A DNA stretch of 64,000 nucleotides from Candidatus Porisulfidus sp. TsSOB (lineage in GTDB: Bacteria > Pseudomonadota > Gammaproteobacteria > Poriferisulfidales > Poriferisulfidaceae): the NCBI GenBank assembly GCA_002631715.1, contig MRSX01000001.1, forward strand, positions 48,057-112,056. The letters run 5' to 3'. The notes under the pieces are model-generated. The model saw only the letters and a program-made list of their open reading frames with translations. It searched no databases and had not been told where the DNA came from. Of the stretch, positions 1 through 8,843 are shown piece after piece. The first letter of the stretch is position 1, and each line of letters opens with the position of its first letter. A program made the position numbers and the translations under genes.

Positions 1-1132
1 GAGTCGACAGCGTCAGCCCGGCCATGGCCGAGTGGAGATTGGCTCCGTCGATGCGCAGGGTCGCGGTCGCCGCGTGGACGGTTACGGTCTCGCGACCGCG
101 GAGCAGTTCGATCTCCACTTCTCGACCAGCACGCAGCAAGCCCAGCACATTGCGCATGTCCTTGACATCACGGATCTCTTCACCATCAATGCGCACCAGA
201 ATGTCTCCCGGGACAATTCCGGCCTGGTCGGCCGGCGATCCTTCCACCACTTCGGTGATGACAACGCCCTCAGTTTGTTTGAGACCGAATGCTTCCGCCA
301 GTTCCGGGGTCATGGCTTGGGCTTGTACCCCGAGTTGGCCGCGCTGTACTTGGCCGAATTCGGTCAATTGGTTGGCTACTTGGAGCACCATGTGGATGGG
401 GATCGCGAAGCCAATCCCGATATTGCCGCCGGACCGGCTCAGGATCGCGGTATTGATACCGACCAGTTCGCCTCGCAAGTTCACCAGGGCGCCGCCGGAA
501 TTTCCAGGGTTGATAGAGGCGTCAGTCTGGATGAAGTCCTCGTAGCCGTAGTTGTCGAATACGCCGCTGCGGCCCAGCGCGCTGACGATCCCGGAAGTTA
601 CGGTCTGGCCTAAGCCGAAAGGGTTGCCGATCGCCACGACGAAATCTCCGACTCGGAGTTGCTCGGAATCGGCGAATGGCAGGCTAGTCAGGTCCTCGGC
701 CTCGATGCGCAGCATGGCCACATCCGTTTCGCTGTCCGAGCCGATCAATTCAGCCTTGATTTCACGCCCGTCGCTCAGGGCCACCGTGATGTCATCCGCT
801 CGCGCGATCAGGTGATGGTTGGTGACGACATGGCCTTTTTCCGCATCCAGGATCACGCCGGTACCGAGACCTCGTCGTACTCGTTTTCGAGTTTGCTGGC
901 CGGGCAGGCCGAAAAAATGCTGGAAAAAGGGGTCTCGGAACAACGGGCCCGTGCGCACCACCTCCTCGTGGGCGGTGGAAATATTGACGACCGCCGGCAC
1001 GGTTTTTTCGAGCATCGGGGCCAGCGAAGGCAGTGAATCCTCACTGCCTTCCCAGGGGAATGCCGCCCAGGCGGGCAGGGTGAGGATGGCTGCAAGTGGG
1101 AGTATGGGCGCGATGCGAGACAGAGAAAGCAT
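1..1132 (-). CDS. DegP/HtrA-family periplasmic serine protease (partial; C-terminal PDZ region runs off the window start)
   Basis: Reverse-strand translation from ATG at 1132 gives a signal peptide (MLSLSRIAPILPLAAILTLPAWA) followed by the trypsin-like core, including GDFVVAIGNPFGLGQTVTSGIVSALGR. No stop within the window, so it is absent from the ORF track. The + strand ORFs 24..613 are its antisense shadow. Confidence 0.85.
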   Translation of the reverse strand, partial: MLSLSRIAPILPLAAILTLPAWAAFPWEGSEDSLPSLAPMLEKTVPAVVNISTAHEEVVRTGPLFRDPFFQHFFGLPGQQTRKRVRRGLGTGVILDAEKGHVVTNHHLIARADDITVALSDGREIKAELIGSDSETDVAMLRIEAEDLTSLPFADSEQLRVGDFVVAIGNPFGLGQTVTSGIVSALGRSGVFDNYGYEDFIQTDASINPGNSGGALVNLRGELVGINTAILSRSGGNIGIGFAIPIHMVLQVANQLTEFGQVQRGQLGVQAQAMTPELAEAFGLKQTEGVVITEVVEGSPADQAGIVPGDILVRIDGEEIRDVKDMRNVLGLLRAGREVEIELLRGRETVTVHAATATLRIDGANLHSAMAGLTLST

Positions 1133-1269
1133 GACCCGGAAAGTATACCCCGTTCGGATGATTTTCGTCTTGTTATTTGGTCGGTTTAGGGGGTGTCGAC
1201 CTAGTAAGGAATCATGGCGACATCAGGCTGTTTCAGGGTTTGTGTGCAGTCATTGGCCGACTGCATGTC

Positions 1270-1360
<91 letters not shown>

Positions 1361-1380
1361 GGGATTCCTCCGGCGGAAAC

Positions 1381-1713
1381 CTAGGCTTTTTGGATGTCGC
1401 CCGTTCCCGCCATCGGGGGCAGATACGTGACGTTTCCTTCGGCCTTGCGAATTTCGCCGGCCCCCGCTTTCTCCACCTCGTCGATACGCATGACCGAGTG
1501 CATCGGGATATAGGTCCGGGGGACGGACTCAAATTCAGCCTTCAGCCGCTCTTCACTCGGGTCGACCACCACTTTCGCCTTCTCGCCGAAAATGATCCCT
1601 TCGATGACGATAAAGCCATACAGGTCGGAGGAGTAAACGTGCTCCGCATAGATCTCGTAGATTTCCCCGTTGGAGAAGAAAATCACTTTGTAGATCGGCT
1701 CTGGCTCTTGCAT
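1381..1713 (-). CDS. conserved hypothetical protein (DUF1820-like small protein)
   Basis: 110-aa ORF with the pattern IYKVIFFSNGEIYEIYA...VVVDPSEERLKAEF...IPMHSVMRIDEV, typical of a conserved small proteobacterial family. Family assignment is from memory. Confidence 0.55.
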   Translation of the reverse strand: MQEPEPIYKVIFFSNGEIYEIYAEHVYSSDLYGFIVIEGIIFGEKAKVVVDPSEERLKAEFESVPRTYIPMHSVMRIDEVEKAGAGEIRKAEGNVTYLPPMAGTGDIQKA

Positions 1714-1757
1714 GATACTACCGTGATCGGGGAATAATGATTATAACAAGACCGCCG

Positions 1758-3101
<1,344 letters not shown>

Positions 3102-3124
3102 GGCGCACCCTTGGCCGAAGGCCG

Positions 3125-4444
3125 TTAAAACTGCTCTTCTTCGGTAGACCCGGTCAGTGCCGTGACGGAAGACTGTCCGCCCTGGATGACGGTGGTCACG
3201 TCATCGAAGTAGCCGGCTCCGACTTCCTGCTGGTGGCTGACGAACGTGTAGCCCCGGTCTGCCGAAGCGAACTCCGGCTCCTGGACTTTCTCCACGTAGT
3301 GCTTCATGCCTTCCTCGCCCGCGTAGTCGTAGGCGAGGTCGAACATGTTGTACCACATGCTGTGGATGCCGGCCAAGGTGATGAACTGGTATTTATAGCC
3401 CATCGCCGACAGCTCGCGCTGGAACTTGGCGATGGTTGCATCGTCCAGGTTCTTCCGCCAGTTGAAGGAGGGAGAGCAGTTGTAAGCCAGTAACTGATTT
3501 GGGTATTCTTTGCGCAGGGCTTCCGCGAACGCCTTGGCGAATTCCAGATCCGGCGTGCCGGTCTCGCACCAGACCAGGTCCGCATAAGGAGCGTACGCCA
3601 GACCGCGCGAGATGGCCTGGTCCAGACCGTTGCGTACACGGTAGAAACCTTCAGAGGTCCGCTCGCCGGTCAGGAAAGGCTTGTCGTTCTCGTCGAAGTC
3701 GGAGGTCACGAGGTTGGCGGCTTCCGCATCAGTGCGCGCCAGTACCACGGTAGGGACGCCCATGACGTCGGCGGCCAATCGGGCCGCGACCAGTTTCTGG
3801 ACGGCTTCCTGAGTTGGCACCAGCACTTTCCCGCCCATGTGCCCGCACTTCTTGACGGCGGCCAACTGGTCCTCGTAGTGAACCCCTGCGGCACCGTTGT
3901 TGATCATATTTTTCATCAACTCGAAAGCGTTGAGTACGCCGCCGAATCCGGCCTCGGCGTCCGCCACGATCGGAGCGAAATAGTCGACGAATTCCTCATC
4001 GCCGGGGTTGACGCCGCGCGACCACTGAATCTCGTCCGCGCGCTTGAACGCGTTATTAATGCGGCGTACCACGGTCGGCACCGAATCGTAGGCATACAGG
4101 GACTGATCCGGGTACATGGTCTCGGATGTGTTGGCGTCAGCGGCAACCTGCCAGCCGGACAGGTAGATGGCCTCGATGCCGGCCTTGACCTGCTGCACCG
4201 CCTGCCCGCCGGTCAGGGCGCCGAGGCAGTTGACATAGCCTTTGCGTGCATCACCGTTGACCAGGCGCCAGAGTTTCTCAGCGCCTTCCGTCGCGTTGGT
4301 GTTGGCGGGCACGCGCGAACCACGCAGGCGTACAACATCTTCCGCTGTGTAGCCGCGACGCACGTCGCTCCACCGGGGGTTGGTATCCCAGTCTTTCTGC
4401 AGGGCTTCAATCTGTTTTTCTCGATCCACTTGAGAGGTCCTCAT
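3125..4444 (-). CDS. aceA: isocitrate lyase
   Basis: 439 aa. [18 protein letters not shown] active-site region, full-length ICL. Confidence 0.95.
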   Translation of the reverse strand: MRTSQVDREKQIEALQKDWDTNPRWSDVRRGYTAEDVVRLRGSRVPANTNATEGAEKLWRLVNGDARKGYVNCLGALTGGQAVQQVKAGIEAIYLSGWQVAADANTSETMYPDQSLYAYDSVPTVVRRINNAFKRADEIQWSRGVNPGDEEFVDYFAPIVADAEAGFGGVLNAFELMKNMINNGAAGVHYEDQLAAVKKCGHMGGKVLVPTQEAVQKLVAARLAADVMGVPTVVLARTDAEAANLVTSDFDENDKPFLTGERTSEGFYRVRNGLDQAISRGLAYAPYADLVWCETGTPDLEFAKAFAEALRKEYPNQLLAYNCSPSFNWRKNLDDATIAKFQRELSAMGYKYQFITLAGIHSMWYNMFDLAYDYAGEEGMKHYVEKVQEPEFASADRGYTFVSHQQEVGAGYFDDVTTVIQGGQSSVTALTGSTEEEQF

Positions 4445-4582
4445 CTCATTGATTAGGGCAACCTCGCCCGGCGCGATGCCAAATCGCGAACCCGGAAAAG
4501 GCTAACCGGACAATTTTAACAGAAAAAGAATTAATCGACTTCGAAGATCGATGCTCTGATCTCGGGTTTTGGGCCTTTTCAT

Positions 4583-4611
4583 TTGACAGCCTTGGGTGGG
4601 GGTGCGACAAT
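4583..4611 (+). promoter_or_regulatory. candidate sigma70 promoter of the tRNA-Gly/Cys/Leu operon
   Basis: TTGACA at 4583-4588, a 17-bp spacer, then GACAAT at 4606-4611, about 14 bp before tRNA-Gly position 1. Confidence 0.3.
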
Positions 4612-4624
4612 TCTGCCGCTCGGA

Positions 4625-4700
4625 GCGGGAATAGCTCAGTTGGTAGAGCGTAACCTTGCCAAGGTTAAGGTCGCCGGTTCGAACCCGGTTTCCCGCTCCA
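4625..4700 (+). tRNA. tRNA-Gly (anticodon GCC)
   Basis: GCGGGAATAGCTCAGTTGGTAGAGCGTAACCTTGCCAAGGTTAAGGTCGCCGGTTCGAACCCGGTTTCCCGCTCCA. 76 nt with a canonical cloverleaf. Confidence 0.9.
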
Positions 4701-4738
4701 GTTCCCACCGCAGTTTGATCGCCGGGTCAGGGCAGCAG

Positions 4739-4813
4739 GGGCTGAGTGGCAGAGTGGTTATGCAGCGGCCTGCAAAGCCGTGGACGCCGGTTCGATTCCG
4801 ACCTCAGCCTCCA
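4739..4813 (+). tRNA. tRNA-Cys (anticodon GCA)
   Basis: GGCTGAG...GCGGCCTGCAAAGCCGT...GGTTCGATTCC...CTCAGCCTCCA. Acceptor stem GGCTGAG/CTCAGCC, anticodon loop CUGCAAA. One mismatch in the T stem. Confidence 0.8.
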
Positions 4814-4847
4814 ATTCTTTCTCTCTTTACACTATGATAGGTGCGCT

Positions 4848-5149
4848 GCGGGCGTGGCGGAACCGGTAGACGCTGCGGACTTGAGGCCATTGAGTGCTCT
4901 TCGGGAAACCGGGGATGCAGAACTGCTCAAATTCGGGGAACCCTGTGAAATGGCGATCCCGAGCCAAGCCCGGGAGGGGACTTCCGGGAAGGTGTAGAGA
5001 CTAGACGGGCAGCGCCTAAGGTCGGACGGCTAAGGCGAAGGGATAGTCCGGACCACAAACGCCGCACAGCGGCGGCGGCGAAAGCCGTAGTTGGTGCGAA
5101 AATCCGCTGGGCTTTGCCCGTGGGGGTTCGAATCCCTCCGCCCGCACCA
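4848..5149 (+). tRNA. tRNA-Leu (anticodon UAA) split by a group I intron. Exon 1 is 4848-4882, exon 2 is 5099-5149.
   Basis: The 5' segment GCGGGCGTGGCGGAACCGGTAGACGCTGCGGACTT matches the acceptor, D-arm and anticodon 5' stem of type II tRNA-Leu. The 3' segment AAAATCCGCTGGGCTTTGCCCGTGGGGGTTCGAATCCCTCCGCCCGCACCA gives the anticodon 3' stem (TCCGC pairs GCGGA), a variable-arm hairpin, the T-arm, a 7-bp acceptor perfectly complementary to GCGGGCG, a discriminator A and CCA. The joined exons give an 86-nt tRNA with loop CUUAAAA. Gly-Cys-Leu order mirrors E. coli glyW-cysT-leuZ. Confidence 0.8.
4883..5098 (+). ncRNA. group I self-splicing intron (IC3-like, tRNA anticodon-loop type)
   Basis: Inserted between U34 and A35 of the UAA anticodon. 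The 5' splice site follows U (exon ACUU can pair with intron GAGU to form P1 with a U-G wobble) and the intron ends in G (omega-G 5098). Core elements: GGGAAACC, AAATTCGG, R-like GGTGTAGAGACTAGACGG and S-like GAAGGGATAGTCCGG (P7 pairing GACTA/TAGTC), then P9-type GC hairpins (CGCCGCACAGCGGCG; GGCGAAAGCC). About 216 nt. Confidence 0.75.
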
Positions 5150-5243
5150 TATCCCCCTGAAAACCGCATGAAAACAGGCCTTTCTGCTATACTCTGCCGA
5201 CTCAATAGGGCTGGAAGCGAACGGTAATTTCGTCGCTAACGCC

Positions 5244-6164
5244 ATGATTCGAAAGATTTTTACGGGCCGCCCGAACTTCATGATGCTGCAGGCGGGTGTT
5301 GCCCTGGCCCTGTTCGCCGCCTTGCTGTACTGGCAAAGGGCGATTCTGGTCGAGGTCTACTGGGGACCTTTGGCGACGCAACTCGGCATGGTCGTCAATG
5401 GCGTCATCGGGGTGTTGTTTCTGGTGGCGTTGGCCCGGGTCTTCTACCTGTTGTTCGCCTACACTCGCGAAGGTCGCGCCATTGCCCTGTTTGAGGAGCA
5501 AGTGGATTTCGGCCTGACCGAAGCCGGTATCGAAAGCCTGTCCGAATCCCTGATCGTGCAGCGTTACCGCGTCCTGCAGCAAGGCCAGTCGGAACTGGAC
5601 CGGCCCCAGCAGGCGGCTTTGTCGGCCATCCTGCTGAATCAGGAGATGACGCGTCTCGGCCTGATTCGCCTGATACAGAGCTTGCTGATCCTGCTCGGCG
5701 TATTCGGGACGGTTGCGTCGTTGTCCTTGGCCCTGGTCGGGGCTTCCGACCTGCTGTCCTTCCCGCAGAACGGGGGCGGCATCAGCCTGGTGGTTCACGG
5801 GATGGCGACCGCGCTCTCCACTACGATGACCGCCATTGCTGCTTATCTGGTGCTGACGCTCATCTTTTCCCGACTGGTGGCGAGCCAATCCAGCGTGTGC
5901 CAGCAGATTGAATTGTTGACCCTGCGCCGGTTGCTGCCGCTGGTGTCACGCGAAGGTGGAAACTTGGCCCATACCCTGGCACTCAGGTTGAAAGACCTGA
6001 ATGAAGTGGCCATCGCCTTGGCAGAGGTCCAGGACCGCCTGACTCCCCACCTTGAGGCCATGCGTCACGAGAGGCACGTGCAGAACGAACACAGTAAAAA
6101 ATTGATGGAAGCGCTGCAAAGCGTTGACAAGACCCTGAGGAAGGGCTTCCGGTTGGACCAGTAA
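5244..6164 (+). CDS. MotA/TolQ/ExbB-family proton-channel protein (4 predicted TM helices)
   Basis: 306 aa. Two N-terminal TM helices, a ~90-aa loop, then TM3-TM4 carrying the family signature GVFGTVASL...GMATALSTTMTAIAAYLVLTLIF (cf. TolQ GLFGTVWGI...GIAEALIATAIGL). Helical C-terminal tail. Confidence 0.7.
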   Translation: MIRKIFTGRPNFMMLQAGVALALFAALLYWQRAILVEVYWGPLATQLGMVVNGVIGVLFLVALARVFYLLFAYTREGRAIALFEEQVDFGLTEAGIESLSESLIVQRYRVLQQGQSELDRPQQAALSAILLNQEMTRLGLIRLIQSLLILLGVFGTVASLSLALVGASDLLSFPQNGGGISLVVHGMATALSTTMTAIAAYLVLTLIFSRLVASQSSVCQQIELLTLRRLLPLVSREGGNLAHTLALRLKDLNEVAIALAEVQDRLTPHLEAMRHERHVQNEHSKKLMEALQSVDKTLRKGFRLDQ

Positions 6165-6169
6165 GGACC

Positions 6170-7069
6170 ATGATCGGCGGCCAATCCTCGTTTCCCGACT
6201 ACGCCTCCCATCTCTCCTCGATCAACGAGGAGAACTTCTGGCCGTCCTTCACCGACATCATGATGGTCGTGGTCATCGTGTTCCTGCTGTCCAGCACGGT
6301 CGCCGTACTGCACAACTGGGACCTGTCCAGGCAAGTCCAGGAAACGGCTGCACTTGAGCAGCAGGCCAGGGAAAGGGCGGAAGATCTGAACCTGCGCCGT
6401 ATGCTGCTTCAGCTCGAGTTGGAGGAGATGCAGGGCCGCATGGAGAAGACCCGTGAGGCACTGGAGGCCAAGACCGGCCAGTTGGAGAAACGGGAGGAAG
6501 ATCTGGCCGGTGCGCAGGGCGCGTTGGCCGAGCAGCAGACGCAGCTGATGGATATGCAGGAGGAATATGCGCGCGTACAGACGGAAATGAAGATGAATCA
6601 GGATGTAAGCGCGGAGCGCGAACTGGAACTGCTTGAGGTGCAGCAGCAGTTGGAGAAGATGCGAGAGGAAAGTGTGCTGCATGAGCAGATGTACGTCGAG
6701 GTCGAGAAACAACAGCGGCAGACTCGAGAGGAACTGGAACTCCTGCAGAAGGAGTACGAGGAGATGGGTGAGAAATACGCGGCGCTGTCCAAACCGGCCC
6801 GCAGTCCCATGGGCAAGGTGGTGGCCGCCGTTCGCCACCGGAAGGTGGATGGGCAGCCGTCATTCATGCTTAAGCTTCCGGACGCCCAGCAATTCGAATC
6901 TATCGGCCAGGAGGAAATGCACCAGGCCCTGTCGCGACTCAAGGAGGAACACGGGGATAAGCTGTTCGTTCGGATCGTAATCCCGATGGACAGCAATCTG
7001 ACCTATCAGGAAGGCTGGGAGTTTTCGCTGGACCTGCTGAGGCGCTACGATTACTACTATGCGGATTGA
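6170..7069 (+). CDS. MotB/ExbD/TolR-like membrane anchor fused to a ~150-aa coiled coil and a C-terminal domain of unknown function (no OmpA/PG-binding domain)
   Basis: 299 aa. N-terminal NEENFWPSFTDIMMVVVIVFLL matches the MotB/ExbD plug-TM with the conserved protonatable Asp. Residues ~50-200 are heptad-rich (QQARERAEDLNLRRMLLQLELEEMQGRMEKTREALEAKTGQLEKREEDLAGAQGALAEQQTQLMDMQEEY...). A ~100-aa globular tail ends in YDYYYAD. Start is 6 bp after the upstream stop with RBS AAGGAC. Confidence 0.6.
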   Translation: MIGGQSSFPDYASHLSSINEENFWPSFTDIMMVVVIVFLLSSTVAVLHNWDLSRQVQETAALEQQARERAEDLNLRRMLLQLELEEMQGRMEKTREALEAKTGQLEKREEDLAGAQGALAEQQTQLMDMQEEYARVQTEMKMNQDVSAERELELLEVQQQLEKMREESVLHEQMYVEVEKQQRQTREELELLQKEYEEMGEKYAALSKPARSPMGKVVAAVRHRKVDGQPSFMLKLPDAQQFESIGQEEMHQALSRLKEEHGDKLFVRIVIPMDSNLTYQEGWEFSLDLLRRYDYYYAD

Positions 7070-7189
7070 AAGGGCAGTCGCTCGGCCATGTGCAGCAACC
7101 GGAATCCGCTTGAAACGGCAGGGGCAAGCCCCATATTAATCGGCGACGCCTGAACTCCCGTACACGACAAGAAAGAGAGGAGCACTCAT

Positions 7190-8116
7190 ATGTCCGGGTC
7201 TGTTGTGATTGAAAATCTGGTCAAGATCTACGGTGACCTGCATGCCGTGGACGACTTGAGTTTTGAGGTCGGATCTGGCGAGGTCTTGGGTTTTCTTGGA
7301 CCGAACGGTGCAGGAAAGTCCACGACCATGAAAATCATCACCGGCTTCCTGCCGCCGACTTCGGGCCGCGTGACGGTTTGTGGCCACCCGGTCGAGACAC
7401 AGCCGGAGGCGGCCAAGAGATGCCTGGGCTATTTGCCGGAGGGCGCACCGGCGTACAGCGAGATGACGCCGTGGCAGTTCCTGAATTTCGTGGCAGACAT
7501 CCGTCGACCCGAAAATCGTCGAGAGCGACTGGACTGGGTCATCGGGCAGCTGGGGCTGGAGCCCGTGCTGCACCGCCCGGTCGACACCCTGTCGAAAGGA
7601 TACCGCCGCCGGGTTGGCCTGGCGCAAGCCATGCTGCACGACCCGCGCGTGCTGATCATGGATGAACCGACCGACGGACTGGATCCGAACCAGAAGCGCC
7701 AGGTGCGCGACTTCATCAATGAGATGGCGAAAGACAAGACCATCATCATTTCGACGCACATTCTCGAGGAGGTCGAGGCCATCTGCACGCGGGCCATCAT
7801 TGTTTCCTCCGGCAAGATCCTGGTCGACGAAACCCCCGAGGAGTTGCGCCGCCGTTCCCGGTACTGCAATGCCGTCACGGTTCAGGCAGAGTTGAAGGAA
7901 CCGGTGCGCACCGCGCTCGGCGAACTCGAAGACGTCGCGGTCGTGGAGCCGGAGCGCAACCAGGGTCTGACCCTGATCCCCCGGCCCGGTTGCACGCTGG
8001 AAGGCGCGGTCCGCGATGTCCTGTTGCGGCATAACCTGAAGGAAGTTCCGTTGCACATCCAGGCCGGGCGGCTGGACGACGTGTTCCACACCCTGACTCA
8101 TAACGTCCATGAATAA
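7190..8116 (+). CDS. ABC transporter ATP-binding protein (GldA-like)
   Basis: 308 aa. Walker A GPNGAGKST, signature LSKGYRRRVGLA, Walker B LIMDEPTDGLD. Confidence 0.9.
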   Translation: MSGSVVIENLVKIYGDLHAVDDLSFEVGSGEVLGFLGPNGAGKSTTMKIITGFLPPTSGRVTVCGHPVETQPEAAKRCLGYLPEGAPAYSEMTPWQFLNFVADIRRPENRRERLDWVIGQLGLEPVLHRPVDTLSKGYRRRVGLAQAMLHDPRVLIMDEPTDGLDPNQKRQVRDFINEMAKDKTIIISTHILEEVEAICTRAIIVSSGKILVDETPEELRRRSRYCNAVTVQAELKEPVRTALGELEDVAVVEPERNQGLTLIPRPGCTLEGAVRDVLLRHNLKEVPLHIQAGRLDDVFHTLTHNVHE

Positions 8117-8843
8117 CTTGATCGCGATTCTGCGCCGGGAACTGGTGGGCTATTTCCAGACGCCGGTCGCCTATGTCTTCATCATGATCTTCCTCCTGCT
8201 GTCCGGGACGCTGAGTTTCTATCTGGGAAATTTCTACGAGCGTGAGCAGGCGGACTTGGGCGCATTCTTCACATTTCATCCCTGGTTGTACTTGTTTCTG
8301 GTCCCGGCCATCTCCATGCGCCTGTGGGCAGAGGAGCGAAAGACCGGCAGCATCGAACTGCTGATGACGCTCCCGGTGACCGTGTCGCAGGCGGTACTCG
8401 GGAAGTTTCTGGCAGCTTGGATCTTCACCGGCATCGCGTTGTTCCTGACGTTCCCGATTTGGCTCACGGTCAACTATCTGGGCGATCCGGACAACGGCAT
8501 CATCTTGGGCGCCTACCTGGGCAGTTTCCTGATGGCAGGCGGGTTCATGGCCATCGGTGCCTGTATTTCCGCGACCACGCGCAACCAGGTCGTGGCATTC
8601 ATCCTCAGCCTGGTGACTTGCTTCCTCTTCCTGTTGAGCGGCTTTCCGCTGGTACTGGACTTCTTCCAGTTGTGGCTTCCGCAGCCGGTCGTCGATGCCA
8701 TCGCATCGCTTAGCTTTCTGACTCACTTCTCCTCGATCAACAAGGGCGTGATCGACCTGCGGGATCTGTCCTACTTCGTGATCCTGATCTCGGTCTGGCT
8801 GTACGCCAACATGATCGTGGTCCGAGCCCGCAAGGCAGCATGA
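8109..8843 (+). CDS. ABC-2 family transporter permease
   Basis: 244 aa, 6 predicted TM helices. Overlaps the upstream ATPase stop (translational coupling). Confidence 0.8.
   Translation: MNNLIAILRRELVGYFQTPVAYVFIMIFLLLSGTLSFYLGNFYEREQADLGAFFTFHPWLYLFLVPAISMRLWAEERKTGSIELLMTLPVTVSQAVLGKFLAAWIFTGIALFLTFPIWLTVNYLGDPDNGIILGAYLGSFLMAGGFMAIGACISATTRNQVVAFILSLVTCFLFLLSGFPLVLDFFQLWLPQPVVDAIASLSFLTHFSSINKGVIDLRDLSYFVILISVWLYANMIVVRARKAA

Noticed and set aside
24-613. Plus-strand ORFs 24..545 and 32..613.
   Set aside because: Antisense shadow of the DegP/HtrA gene encoded on the minus strand (clear protease motifs in the opposite frame).
3839-4456. 205-aa plus-strand ORF.
   Set aside because: Antisense to aceA.
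4848-5149. Possible tmRNA (ssrA) because of a tRNA-like 3' end with CCA ~300 nt after a complementary 5' acceptor strand.
   Set aside because: No tag-peptide reading frame ending in ALAA/VAA-stop in any frame, and no GGAUUCGACGGG-type tmRNA elements. The 5' part aligns far better to tRNA-Leu, and the insert carries group I intron core motifs.
4927-5281. Minus-strand ORFs 4927..5205 (92 aa) and 5030..5281 (83 aa) overlapping the intron/tRNA-Leu as possible intron-encoded proteins.
   Set aside because: They are on the antisense strand of a structured RNA, have no LAGLIDADG/GIY-YIG/HNH motifs, and the intron is too small to host a homing endonuclease.
6065-6996. Minus-strand ORFs 6065..6838, 6273..6863 and 6598..6996 opposite the coiled-coil gene.
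   Set aside because: Low-complexity antisense translations of a GAG/CAG-rich coiled-coil coding region. No start context. The forward gene has the MotB-like TM.
7136-8726. Minus-strand ORFs 7136..8110 and 7875..8726.
   Set aside because: Antisense to the ABC ATPase and permease genes. Arg-rich, low complexity.
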